NCBI RefSeq assembly: GCF_009914755.1
Contig: NC_060930.1
Source of the DNA: the human T2T-CHM13v2.0 reference genome, Homo sapiens
Strand: one strand, 5' to 3'
DNA length: 64,000 nucleotides
Shown here: positions 1 to 15,772 of the stretch, one piece after another
Numbering within the stretch: the stretch's first letter is position 1
Layout: every line of letters starts with the position of its first letter
Notes under the pieces: generated by a model
Database searches by the model: none
What the model was told of the DNA's origin: nothing
What the model saw: only the letters and a program-made list of their open reading frames with translations
Made by a program: the position numbers and the translations under genes

Positions 1-61
1 ACACACACACACATACAAACACACAGAATAGTGCATTTTTCCAAAACTTGGTCATATATTC

Positions 62-103
<42 letters not shown>
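1..103. repeat. (CA)n at 1-25 and (TG)n at ~68-103 microsatellites
   Basis: Dinucleotide runs read directly. Confidence 0.95.
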
Positions 104-104
<1 letters not shown>

Positions 105-250
105 ATCTAATACTCATAACAACCTTCTGAAGAAGTGAAGCTTAAAATTTGATTCCGTGACTTGCCTGGAGTAACGCTACTAGTTAAGTTGCAAAACTGA
201 GACTACAATTCAGGTTTGTCTTACTACAGAGCTTAAACTCTTAACCAGTC
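105..250 (-). mobile_element. MIR SINE fragment
   Basis: Reverse-complement MIR motifs (gtgacttgcc, ctcttaacca). Confidence 0.65.
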
Positions 251-660
251 TGTCATATCCAATTACGACTTTATAAAAATAGGCAAACTGGTAGAATTCC
301 AGCTAAGGTTAGACTCACTGTTACCTATCCAGTGAAAACTTTAGGCGTGGTGAACCGAATAAAGAAAAATGGCCTGAGAGAGGAGCCACCTGGAAGGCGA
401 CTGCCTTGTGTAAGTGGACCAAAACCTAGCGAAGAAGGCTTTGGAAATTTCTGCACCCTGGGGGCCGAGGACCAAGGGCATAAGGCCTTGTGATGCTCCT
501 GAATGGAAGCACCACGGAACATGGCTAATGACAGGAAGCTGCAGTCTATGAAACTTAGTAGATTTTGGAAGCATAGCAAATGCCCCCATTCTTCGGAGCT
601 AAACAAACTCAAATCTTAGAGAAGTTTGGTGTAGGGTTCAGTTAAAAGATGAATGAGTAC

Positions 661-978
<318 letters not shown>

Positions 979-1696
979 TCATTCACATGACTGGATCCAA
1001 GAGATGAATTACTGAAGCGGTCTTGAGAGGACAATTCTCAACTCATTTATGTTTTAATTAAGACCAAGAGAAACTAATCCCTTTAAGAGTTCTTGTGATT
1101 ATTTAAATCCCTCATCTTTGCATCCATGAAATTGAGTGCAGGAGAATGACTTGAAAAATAAAGAGATTTGTTCCTTTGTTTCTGAAAAGAAAAGGTAGGA
1201 GTAGGGAGAAAGTGGAAAAGAGAAAGCTAAACGGGAAGAGTTGGGGAGGAAAGACAAGAGGCAGAGAACAATCCAAGTAGAAGGAAAGCTGGTGATTGGT
1301 CAAGAGGCCAATGGGTTACTTCTCATGCACCTGCAGGAGAGAGAAAGAAAACGTGGTCCAAGAACAAAAATAGACGCTGGGAATTACTTTTGTATGCCTG
1401 GACACCTCCTCCATCCCAAAACTGATGGTGACTTACCAGTGGTCCCTGGGCATGGTGGGTGAAGGCTGAGGTGGGGGACACATAGCAACTGAAGATGGGG
1501 AAGGCCCATTTATCCCTATCATAGCGGTTTCCCTTTGTCACAAATGAGGATTTCAAGTTAAAATATAGAATCATGAGAGTTTGCATCCAGCTATTCATCA
1601 TGTTAAAGAGATAGTTTATGTCATATAAAATACAACCGTGCATTTTTCCAAAATCAGGTCATCATCATACACATACAAATCTTACGTAAAGATAAG

Positions 1697-1970
1697 CACT
1701 GTAAACAAATGTTGAATTCTAGTGAAACACTTCAGCAGGCACATCTTTAGGAGTGAAGTGTGCTGATGCCTGCAACTTACTTATAAGTGCATCAAAACAA
1801 TAAGATGGAGTGATGGGTGAATAGAGGGGTGGATAGTTGGATAGATACGTGACAAAACAAGCACAGTACACTGTTATTCATAGAGTCGAGGTGGTTTGTG
1901 TATGGGTGCTCACAATTTTTTAGCTTTTTTGTATGTTCACAAAAATGTATAATAAAATGTTGGGAAAAAA
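1697..1970 (+). mobile_element. Old L1 3' end (L1ME4-like)
   Basis: Ends in TAATAAAATGTTGGGAAAAAA; flanked by near-identical AAATCTTAC(GTAA/TAG)AGATAAG. Confidence 0.6.
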
Positions 1971-3399
1971 TCTTACTAGAGATAAGAGGTTATTTAAAAA
2001 GACGGCACCCAGACACAACATAACCGACCTTTTTTGATTATGCCATTAAAAATAAAAAGCCTCACTGAATACAGAGTGCTTTCTTTTATCTTTACCTATT
2101 TCTTTTGTCTTGCCTGCCTTTTTCTCTTGGCAGACTAGTATAACACAAATATTGGTACTCGGTAAAGGCGTGTTTTATTACTACGCTTAAAACTTGGGGG
2201 AAAATATACTATGCTGTTGTTCTTGTGGAATATGTTAACTAGAGAAATCCAACTGTGATTGTCAACTAGGAATATCCTGTTTGGTTATATGTAAAAATGC
2301 ATTTTTTCACTACAGCATTTGTTAACTAGTTAATAAATAGCCAAGAAATATTAATATATTGTCTATGAAGAATTTTAGTTTAGTTTAGATTTTCGTTCCC
2401 TGCTAGCAATGAGGTAAAATAGAAAATACACTAATATCCAGAAGTGACTGCACTTGTTAGGTGGCACTGTTACTCATTCTGTCTTAAAGCATAACACATT
2501 TGGGTGGACCCTATGCATATGTTCCTGTGTGTTTAAATTTTAAATCACTCTTTGTAACTGCAGCTGATGTTCTGGAGTGATTGAGAGTTTTCAGAAGTAA
2601 AGAGGAGGAGATAATTTTTAACCTATTTTTCTCATTCCCACCAAAAAATAAAATAAAATAAAATACTGTTAACCCATGATTGTCTAAGATTTCATGTAAA
2701 TTAACTCATACTTTCATAGTTGATTCTTTATTTTCAATTACCTACAAATGTAAAGTGACTCTATGTCTTTTTCACCTATGTCATGCTTATCCAGAGCATT
2801 ATAAGTAAGATATATCTATAAATAGCAAAAACATTGCCAGTAATGGATTAAAACTTATCTGATGAATGTATTTTAAAGTGTTATGTTTATTTATGTTCAA
2901 TTACTTAAATAAAGTTGAAAAGAAAAACTGATTGCAAAGAAACAAAGGAGTTAGGATTTTTAAAGTTAGCAGCTCTATATAATGGATCTCATCTTTTTTA
3001 TGGCAAAACAAGTGAATTTCAATATAAAGTATAACATGCAATAGTAAACTGTTGCTCATATTTTATATAAAAGACTAATAGTCTGGCACTTGCATCCTAA
3101 AGAAACAAGACATTTTCCAAGACTGTAAAGTATAAATACCTGAATGATCAAACGATAAGCTTCAAATTATCCATTTTTATCAAGTGAATATAATTAGTTT
3201 CTAATGAGACCCAAGAAAGTGACAAAAGTCTGATTTGAAAGTATTCTTAGATGATCTTAGGATTCCTGTATTACTTAAACATCAGACATGTAAACCGATC
3301 TGCTCAAACAATGATTACTCTGTTCAAACCTGAACTACTAAACAGCTTTAAAATGCTAGAAATTAAAAACCCTTTGCAGAATATCCAGACTATGTTTTC

Positions 3400-3400
<1 letters not shown>

Positions 3401-3433
<33 letters not shown>
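3401..3433. repeat. (TAA)n microsatellite
   Basis: About 11 TAA units. Confidence 0.95.
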
Positions 3434-3435
<2 letters not shown>

Positions 3436-4834
3436 TGCTAGCACATAGGCAGTGTGGGCTTTTGAAAAGTCCTTTGTCACTAAGTCAAGCCTCTTTCCTG
3501 AAAGATAAAAATAATGGGTTCAGTATTAGAAAGCTGAGCTATCTAAAGAAAACAATATAGTAACATAATTGATATATACTGAATTGCTTACTATTTTTAA
3601 ACAAATTATTCACTAAGTAAAACTGTTTTCCCCTTCTTTTTGAAAAGCATTAAAACCTTGAGTGTATTTAGTTAGATAAAGGGAACAAAAACTATATTTA
3701 AATCACTTTTAAAAATACCACGTTTTCATTTGTACTTAGAAAAACACAAAGGAAAAAATTTGGGAGTTATCTCAAGGGTAGTGAGAATAACAATAAGCAG
3801 AAAGTAACAATAAGCAGAAAGAAAAGATAACATAAAAAAGCACATTCTTGCTGAAAGCACACAATGAAAAACATATTCAATTATACAAATGATGAGAAAC
3901 ACAACTTACCTGCTCTGACAAAGGTATTTGTTGGGTCACAGGATAAGGGAAGGGGTAAAGCTGTGATAAAGGATTGAGGAACATATCAGAGCTAAGAATC
4001 TCAAGCAAAAACCCCAGAACGTTAGAAAGGTGTGTTTCAAAACCTACCTTCCTCCCAGATGGTGGTCATACCTCTGAAGCCCTACCTTCGATAATCACAC
4101 TTAAATCACTTGACTAGCAGAAACCCACATACTACCTTCACACTATTGAAAGTAAAATTCCAGAAGCCATTGTGCCTATTAATGATTACAGTCTGTTCTC
4201 CAGGGAGGATTGATGATCCATGCCACCTTCTCAGGATGGCACAATTACCCTGAGATGAACCGTGCAGCCTGTCCCAAAAAGTTCTCTTTAGTACAGACTT
4301 CTACTCCAGAGTGACCAGACACAAACATAGCCGAAGTTGTACCGAAGCTTCATTTAATCACTGAATTGAACATGCATGCTTTTAATAAAAGCTGTACAGA
4401 GTTATTACTGATTGTATCTCCTGAGCTTCTTTGCAATCTGAGAGGTTTTTGACACATCACACCAGGACTAAACTTCCCTGAAAGGATTTCTAACCTGAAA
4501 GAGACAGACAGGGGTTTCAAAGAAGAAACAAACACATATGCTACATCTCGGCTGCATTTTAAAATTACTCTCCCAGAACAGCATCCTCCCTCCCTTTTAG
4601 TAAACACAGGCTTGTATACATTAAAATAAAGAGGGTATATAAATTAACAAGTCAATGCTCTTCTGTATCAAAAAACAGTCTCCCAACCCATGACAGGCTC
4701 TCCATTTCCCCAAACACATTTGGGGTAGAGGCATTGGAAAAAAGCGAAAATGTGAACCAAAGGAAAGAAATATTGTAACCTAGGAGAATGTTCTTTGCTA
4801 GGCATTCACAGTTAAGGTAGCAGGGTGTGCGTGC

Positions 4835-4862
4835 ACATACACACATACACACACACACACAC
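4835..4862. repeat. (CA)n microsatellite
   Basis: Read directly. Confidence 0.9.
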
Positions 4863-5399
4863 GATGCCACTTTTGTTCCAGTGCGAGATAGCTTCACGGG
4901 TGCCGGGCATGGTGACATACAATGGATATCAAAACCGTACAGTCAGTCTTAGCAAATTAGGTAAATTAGAGATCATTTGATGGTATTCTATTGTTGCTAT
5001 TGTAATCACCGTAATTTTCCCTGGTAATGGTGCTTCGTGATGAAGTGCTGTTCTCATAGGATAATTGTGAAAGATACCGAAAGATTCAGGGATGCAGCAT
5101 CTGGTTTTAAAAGCTCTTCAGATTCAAATTGGCATTTTACTTTATCTTGAAAATTTATGAGAGATTCAGATCATGCCGGCTTAAATGGAAAGGTGAAAGC
5201 AGGGTAATTTCAATCTATGAATTATTCAATCTCAGCCTGGTGAAATTGCCATCCATGAACTGATGCTCTGACAGTCCCTTCGCAGAGCCTCCATTACGCT
5301 TGTCATTTTTATTTCTTTATCTACGATCTCTTCCTCAGTTACCGAGCTTGTCCCTTAGGGCTCAGCTTCACAAACCAAGTATTTCAAATTGGCAATAAC

Positions 5400-6650
5400 C
5401 TAAATGTGCCGCTGTTTCGAATCGCTGTCTCCACAGGCTGTCTTTTTTTGTTTTTTCCAAATTATTAAAAATCACATCCATGATGATATTTGTTGGGCTC
5501 TTCGATTAGATGAATTAAAACACACACACACACACACACACATACACCACACACAAGGGCATCACTGCGAAGAAGAGTTATGTTCCGCTAACATCACAAG
5601 AGAAGAGAAAGTGATGCTTTCTGCTTCCTTCTTTGTTGTCAGCATGACCCATCCTAGCTGCATAGCATCACGCAGAAAGGAGCCAGGGCTAAAGGCGGCT
5701 TGCCTGGCACCCTGATTTCCAGCCAGAGTTGATGAGGACTGCATGGCAGGCAGGCTAATCCAGACAACTGTATACTTAGCGAGCACGATTATTTAGGAAA
5801 ATAAGGAAAAGCCGTTGGATGACCGAAATTAGACTGTCATTCTCCCGGGCTCCACCTGCACACAGACTGCAGTCGCAACGATTCTCCACTTGATGGCTGG
5901 TTGTGTCACTGCTAGTCGACAGCTGTCCCGCATCCAGAGAGGACTGGGAGTGATTTAGGTCAGGGAGTCTGGTTTCTCCTTTAAACCGTGCGCTAACTGA
6001 GGAGTGGGGATCTGCGCCAGCCCCGTGACCAGCCTTAAATGTGAGCTGGGGAGTCACACAGCATCAGTGCGGTGAGTCGCTCGCACAGGCCCCAGCCAGA
6101 CAAACCATAGCAAGCATCCTCTCCTTTGTCCTAGCCTTTATTCCTGCAGGTAGAGCAGCGTGGCATAAGAAGCCCCCAAACTATTCACACACATGGTGGG
6201 AGACCAGCCGTGCTCCATCAGAGGCGGTTTGGTTACAAGTCTCCGAGCAGTACCTGCTCAGCTGAAAATTCACGCTGCCAAGTTAGAAGCCATCGTGTAC
6301 ATTCAGGATGCATCTCTGCTCCTGGCTAAACAAAGGTAAATACTCCTCATGTAAGACATGCTAAGTAGTAGCAGGAGAAGAAAACTTTAAAACTCTGTTG
6401 CTTTGTGCCTAGTTGTCTGCTTCTGCTTTGCTGCATTGCGACTGGGAAACTGCAGGAGCTGGAGCTGGCAGTTGCGATAATGCAGAAAGCAGCAGCTCTG
6501 ACACAGCAGTCAGCTGACTTGCGGGGTGTTATCATTCAATGTCCTCTGCAGAATCAGACCAGTTTCTAAGGTGGCACCAGACAGATGACCTTCAATGGAA
6601 AGAGAGGCTTAAGGAGTGCAGTTTTTCTCCATCCACACCTGGCAGGGACA
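5400..6650. promoter_or_regulatory. Promoter-like / first-exon region of an unidentified transcription unit, possibly bidirectional
   Basis: Transposon-free; about 22 CpG in 5780-6300 against a CpG-depleted background; CAGCTG E-boxes at 5920, 6259, 6511; + donor GCG|GTGAGT at 6071/6072. Confidence 0.55.
5521..5555. repeat. (CA)n microsatellite next to the promoter-like region
   Basis: Read directly. Confidence 0.9.
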
Positions 6651-8179
6651 TCTTACATTGCTTTTCTCTCAAGCAGAGTTTTTAATTCATAGCCTTTAGG
6701 ACTTAACTATTTCTGTCCTGCTTGCTAAGATGGCAGGTAATTCTTAGGGTGACCACCCCAATGTGAACATAAGTTAAAGCCATCGCTGCCCCTCTCGCTT
6801 TGGCTGGTTTCAGCGTTGTGAGAATGATTGCGGGAGAATTCCTGCCCACATTTTGTTTGAAAAACACACTTCTTTTTTAACAGGTAGAAATGGCCTTAAG
6901 CTACTTGTATGCTGTAATGAACTAGTCAATTGTACCTAACAGAATGGCAAGAGCAAGAGGGAAAACTCGAAGGTAAATTAGTTCAGCACTAGCCTTAAAT
7001 CATGGTCCAGTTGCTGTAAGGCAGTGTGCATGCTCTATCGTGAAACGCAGGTTGTACAACCCAATTAATCTGACAATGGAGCAAAAGCCTTATATGGTAT
7101 TACCCCAGTGGTTTGAGGAATTGCTAAAATAAGAAGGCAGTCATTACCAGGCATTTGTTTAATGACTGTAATCATACTGAATTAATTTAACTTGCTGCGA
7201 TGTTTAACAGAAAGTCAATTATAAATTTGTGCTAAAAAGAATAACAATACCAGTATTTGCATAGCACCTTCCTCTGAGGAGACACCCTCAGAAGATTACC
7301 TCATAGCCTCAACATTTACGGAGCACTCAGAATGTGCTAAGTGCTCTACAGAACCATCCGTGACCAGCCTCTCTGAGGACAGGTGCTTATGTTTCTAAGC
7401 GAGAATGATATACACCATCTTGTATGAAAGCATACGAGGAACGCCACCCTGACCTGTGCTACTCACTTTGTAAGGGATTTCCGTGATTTTTCCCACTTCT
7501 GCCCTATGGATTGTATTTTTCTGTTTGTATCTCATTTGGTTCTTTTGATATGAATGAACAATGTGAACTTTGACATGAAAATGTTTCTAGACAGCAGAGA
7601 GGTTAAAACTAGAAGAAAGAGCATCATCCCTATAATGACAGCATTACAAAGAGTATTAAGTGATATTCAAATAAGGGACCAACTCCACTTTTAGGGTGAG
7701 CCGCAGACCCATGCTCAGAAGTGCCAAATACAGTCTTCTCTTCTTGCACCTTTTCCTACACTCAATAGCAGAATCCAATAGTCTCATAAACTTACCTTGC
7801 TAACCCCTTTCAAAACTTGCTATGAGGAGATGAGCCCAAATGATACAAATCACCAGTAAGTTTTACTGTAACTCCTTAGAGGCACTTCTATTTTTGAAGA
7901 AAATAAAGCTTCTGGAAAAGGTGTGGCCATCTAACTGTGAAATTTCAAGTATCAATTCTCAAGGTAGGAAATCATTTCTGAGGGGTGAGGAGCTTTTCTA
8001 GGGAGGCCACTTCTGCTTCATCATATGGCAGGCTCGGTGCCCATCTCCCAATGCTCATAGGGAGTATTCAGCTGGGAAGCCCCTACAGCCAATTTGTGCC
8101 ATGAACGTTGGTGATCAGTCTGGGTCCTTGGGGCAGGAGAGACTCTGACAGCATCTCACCCTCCTCGAGGGCATCCCAT

Positions 8180-8300
8180 TTTTGCTCGAGAGTTTTCTAA
8201 GGTCCTTGCTCACCAAGAAGTAGCTCAAGCTTTGGTATTTTTTGAAAACTCTCCCAGGTGCCATATTCTACCATATACCCAAGATTAAGAACCACTGATG
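8180..8300. mobile_element. MER5-like hAT-Charlie MITE fragment
   Basis: Terminal ...ttaagaaccactg and internal ctcccaggtg motif. Confidence 0.45.
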
Positions 8301-8429
8301 AAATAATGTCATGTGTTATTTTTTTGCACCTGTGAATTTGTGCTTGGAAATTCAAATACACTTGTATGTTATAGCATGAGGATGAAGAAATGAAAATGAG
8401 CCCTTAAATTTATCTATTCTTTACTGTTA

Positions 8430-8760
<331 letters not shown>

Positions 8761-9077
8761 TCTGTACTAATCAATAAAAAGAAAATAATTTTAATAGAGA
8801 AAACCTATATAGCTGTGATTGACCCATATGTGGGGACAGTCTAGCCACATGTAGTAGGTACACTCTCCCACAGCTTCTTCTTGTCTTACAGCACTCACTG
8901 CCCGCCTGTGTCATAATGTTTTGTTCACCTCATGTCCTCCTCTGTGAATTTGGGAGTTCTTTGAAGATGGGGTATGACATTTATCTCACTGGTCCCAGTG
9001 CCTTCAGCCGACCTGGCAAGTGGCAGGTCTCCACAGTATTCATTACAGGAGTGAGGCAATGTAAAGTCACCTTCCTG

Positions 9078-9197
9078 CGGACGCAGTGGCTCATGCCTAT
9101 AATCCCGGCACTTTGGGAGGCCGAGGCAGGCAGATCACCTGAGGTCAGGAGTTGGAAACCAGCCTGACCAACATGGAGAAAACCCGTCTCTACTAAA
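9078..9197 (+). mobile_element. Alu left monomer only (AluSp/Sq-type)
   Basis: Stops at TACTAAA; flanked by TAAAGTCA(C/T)CTTCCTG. Confidence 0.9.
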
Positions 9198-9951
9198 GTC
9201 ATCTTCCTGTTAGACAAGAAAGTTTAGAGACATCCAACTCTCCAACATGAGAACATAAAAGTTTTTCTTTCATTGTAGATTATCTTGAAATCACATGCTT
9301 CCCCATAAGGGAGAGAATGTTATTTTTCAACTATAAACATTGACCTAAAAACTATATAGCAAATAATTTTTTAAAAAAAGGAGGGAGGTGGAAAAATGGA
9401 TAACATGCTTTGTGAAAGAAAGTCAATCAAAACTCTATATCCCTAATAAATTTCCGTTAATTTTAGATATTTATTCAGAAGAAAAAGGTATACATTTTCT
9501 TTTCCTTTTGCACTTTGAGAGAGTCCAATGAGGAGAGTGGCTCTTAATTCCTTTGCTAGAAATCTCCCCTCTTCAGCACCGAGGAAGGAAAACATTCTCT
9601 TCCTAAAGATTTTTTTTTTTTTTTGCGCCATACACTCTCTAGCACTCTTGAGAAGTCTGTGGATTACTTTTCAATAATACTTTTATATGCATATGCAATA
9701 CAATAAATAGGATTACACAGGAAACTAATTATATTAAATACCCTCACCTTTGCCTTAGAAAATCAAAATACTTCCAAAGTGAAATCACAAAGTGACTTTG
9801 ATTGTCTCTGTTCCAACTATTACCCAATAAGGAAGCAAGTTAAAGAAAAGCCTAGACAAGATTAGGGGGTGGGAAGGGGAATAGATAACTGTATGTAATG
9901 AATTTCATTAAACTTAAGATTGAATGTTTCTTCTTAAAAGTAACCTTTTTA

Positions 9952-10308
<357 letters not shown>

Positions 10309-10409
10309 CTATGTTGGCTTTCCCTGATTAATTCACATGGAATAAACCCTTCCTCAGGTGCCTTGAAAAAAAAATTAAGTAAAAGCAATTGATTCTTTCA
10401 ACTTTCTTG

Positions 10410-10500
10410 TTTTGCAGTTGAGGAAGGAAACTGAAGCTCAAAATAGTTGAGTCATGCTACAGCATCATATAAGAGGCAGAAGAGCCCAAGGCTCTGTGTC
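10410..10500 (-). mobile_element. MIR core fragment (copy 1 of the duplicated segment)
   Basis: ttgcag..gaggaa..actgaagctca resembles the antisense MIR core. Confidence 0.5.
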
Positions 10501-10539
10501 CTAAACCTACATCAGACTCTCTCCATTACATATTAACAG

Positions 10540-11372
<833 letters not shown>

Positions 11373-11474
11373 AATTGGTTTATATGTTCTAATATATTTA
11401 ATTATGCCAGTTTGTTTCATGTGTTCATTTATTTCAATCCCCAAATCCAAAATGCTTAAAAATAAAAATCCCAA

Positions 11475-11720
11475 TGGTTAAGCCTAAAGCTCTTGGGTCA
11501 GTTGGCCTATGTTTGAGTCCTGCCTATACCACTAATTATCTGTGTGACCTTGGACAAGTTGATCCCCTTCTCTGGGACTCATCTTCCTCTTGTGTCACAC
11601 AGGGCTGATAATGTGTCCTTCTTAGATAGTTATGTACACTACACGAAGTGGCGCATTTAAACCACTTAATAGCATGGATCCTCACACAGGCACGCCTCCC
11701 CTGGCCTTTAGCTATGGTTA
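11475..11720 (+). mobile_element. MIR
   Basis: tggttaag...tgtgtgaccttggacaagtt...ctcatcttcctc. Confidence 0.75.
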
Positions 11721-13019
11721 TTTTCCTCTTGTTTCTCCTCCTTCTTCTTTCTCCTTTTCAATTGTTCATCACGGTAGGTTGACATTATTTGGACTGATAT
11801 TGAAAAAAGGCATTTTAAAGAGATTATTAACAACAAACAAACAAACACACAAAAACACCATATACAACCAACGTGGGATTCTAGAGAATGGAGATTTATC
11901 CTGTTGTTCCTGCCTCTTATGGTGCATGGATATTTAAAGGGCTAGTGCTATTTCTGTATAAATTCTGTAATCATAGCATTACAATTCAACAGGGTTATTA
12001 TCGATAGGCATAGTTTCAGCATGATTTTAAAGATTTTAGAGAAACCAGATTAAAACCATGTACTGTATTAAGGGTCGCTGTATCCAAAATGTACAATCAA
12101 GCCTCTTACCCTTACAGGTAACATAGCTTTATTCTTGACTATGTTTTTACTTGCAGAACCTAACGTCAATCTGTACACCTGCTGAGACATACTGTCTTTT
12201 TCAGAGCTAAGCGCTCCTCTGTTAATGAGATTAAGCTTTGGGGGAAGAGGCTTTGCCTAAAGTCCCCAGAGGACTCAGTCCACAAAGGCCAAGGAGTTGG
12301 AATGTCATATCGGCCCTGTCAGTGGGCCACGAGCCAGGGAGACATCTCCCCTTTGCTTTTGCTGTTGGCCTTGGCTTGCCCATGGAATGGGTCCCACAGA
12401 TTCTCTGCCGCCAGAGTGTTATGGAAAGCAAGATCACTACCCCAGGGAGAGGGAAGTGAAGCAGCTGAGGAGAGGTGGTGCAGAAGCCCTCTAACTTCCA
12501 CCCATCCCGGCCCAGCCACAAAAGCACAAAAAGAGAATAACGTTATCACCGTGGTACCCAAGGTTCAAATACAATCCCCTGTAAAAGAGAATACAGAGTA
12601 AAGTCAGAAACAGTTATTACAGACCCAGAGTTCCAGGCAATAAGTTCTGTAAGTTCAAAGAAAGGGAAGAGCATGCTGCTCTCCTTGCCCTGTCTCCTTC
12701 TGCAGTGTGGGTCTCCTGGCCCAGCCACTTTGGGCTTGTTCATTTTCAGAGCGAAAGGTCTACTTCCAAAAATGGCATCAGGTGTGACAAATGGCTGGGC
12801 TATGGCCCAGGAGACATCAGCCTTCCAGCTCCTGCAGAAAATGTGTTTGAGCCCAAATATGAATTCTGTATAACAGAGAACTGCAAGAAGAGGAATAGAA
12901 ACAATTACCATTTGCTGAGTGTCTACAATGTCCTAGGTACACATGGTATCTTAATCTTGCCAATCATATTAATACATTCAATTATAAGTACATGGATAGG
13001 ACTTTCTCCTTTTTCCCAA

Positions 13020-13470
<451 letters not shown>

Positions 13471-13499
13471 TCATATAGCTTTCTGTAGCCAGAGTTCCA

Positions 13500-13750
13500 A
13501 GTGCATTACATGTAATAACTCATCTAATCCCTACAACAACCCTGTAAAGGAAATATTACTATTATTCCCACAAGAACTCCAGTAGGTAGTATTATGATGC
13601 CCTTTTCAGAAAAAAAAAAAAAAAAAAAAAAAAAAAAGCATGTGGAGTGCATGCTGTTTAAATTACACATCTGGTGAATGCAGGCTGCTGGATTCAAACC
13701 CAGACGTGTCTAATCTAGATTCAAATTCAAATCTTGCCCTCTTAACCATT
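13500..13750 (-). mobile_element. MIR containing an A28 tract
   Basis: ctaatccctacaacaaccctgt...ctcttaacca. Confidence 0.65.
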
Positions 13751-13974
13751 AATATTCAAATATGGGCATCTTTCAAATTAGTGTTTAGTTGTGATAGGCT
13801 CCAAGGGGATTGGAAGATCTTACAGAAAGAAGGAAAAAATAGAAATTAGACTTGGAATCACTCAGGGGAAGGTTTAAAGTCTAAGAGTTGGTGAGTAGAG
13901 AGACTCTGTCCCATAAGAATTATCAGAAAATTGGGCTTTTTCATTAAAGTGTTCCTTAATAATATTTGAATTTG

Positions 13975-14175
13975 TTGGTGTGCTGGTAAATTGGCTCTCT
14001 GGGGTGGGGGTTGGAGGGAGACCTGACTTGTAGTGTTTGCCAGTATCTGTGGTGTAAACACTCCCATCATGGCTGATTTCAAGATTGCAACAGCTTAACA
14101 ACCTGTTTGCAAAATTGCTGGGTATTTAACAATTAGCTCTCATAAGCCAGTAGGAGCTGGCTTCAAGACACCACA
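13975..14175 (-). mobile_element. MER63A-like hAT DNA transposon (second copy, inverted)
   Basis: Reverse complement of the motifs seen at 10540-10700. Confidence 0.7.
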
Positions 14176-15264
14176 ATTTGGACTCAAGTAGCAGATTATT
14201 CTGCCCTGCTCTAGAAGCCGTCCGTATCCTTTTATAATACCTATACATTCAAGGCAGATTAAAGGCGGAGTCCTCTGGTGTTTAAAGATCTGAGGTAGTC
14301 CTCTGTGTGCTTCCTGCTGTCCCTCCCAAACTGGGTGCTTTTACTTCTTGTATTTAATGGCAATATTTTTAGTTTGTTGTTCTTGATTTTAAAAGGAAGT
14401 TGAGATGTTTATGTTTCTCTTCCCTTGACCATCAAATAAATCTAACACATGTGGGTGGCTTTGTAAGTGGAGCGGCCTTTGATTGACTGGGTAAAAGGTT
14501 TCCTCACCCTTGGGAAGTGGACCAGTCTTTAGGAGACCTAAGGCACCTGCAGGTGTATGTTTATGTGTGCATGTGAATACACATGCATGCATCCAACAAT
14601 ATTTACTGCTATCCCTGTATAAGCCAGGAGTGTGTATGAACACATAGCACTCACCATTTTGGATTTGCACCTGTTCCTAAGTGCTTTCCCACAATATTTT
14701 GAGGCCCCAACATCCATGGAAGTCCCTCTGTAAGCACATGATTACCATGAGGTCGTGATATGAATTCAGACCTAACAAATTAAATGGCAAATTAAATGCT
14801 TTGAGAAACCATGTAACTCTAAGGATAATCACCATTTTCTGTGTAATTTTTTTTTTTTTTAGCTCTTTGGGGCTGCGAATTTGTAAAGCACACATAACTA
14901 AATGAATAATTACATAGCAAGGGGCTGAAAGGTAACTGCAAAATAATTGCATGCTATATGATCCCTCCATGAAAACATGTTTAATAGAATATTCCCCTAA
15001 AGTGGTTCTTTTACCTATGGCACACTTTAAGGTTGTTCTTCCAAAAAAAAAAAAAAAAAATTCTGTTTAATCCTAAGCTATAACTCCTTTGAAGAATATT
15101 TGGTAAAATACAAAAAGTGTAGGCTCTACGTGTACATTAAAAAGCTAAGTATGAAGCTTGGATTTTTTTCTACATTATGTAAACACTATAAGCTTTTCGA
15201 AGTTGATATCAAATGCAGTCTATTTTTGGAAAAACACAGTGATGCAGGGTTTTTATTTGCTTAA

Positions 15265-15772
<508 letters not shown>

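Noticed and set aside
5400-7000. Assigning a gene symbol to the promoter-like region
   Set aside because: No coding exon or sequence I can recognise with confidence; needs a genome search
9572-9592. REST/RE1 site (TTCAGCACCGAGGAAGG); also AGCACCACGGA at ~508
   Set aside because: Only partial matches; the other half-site deviates from consensus in each case
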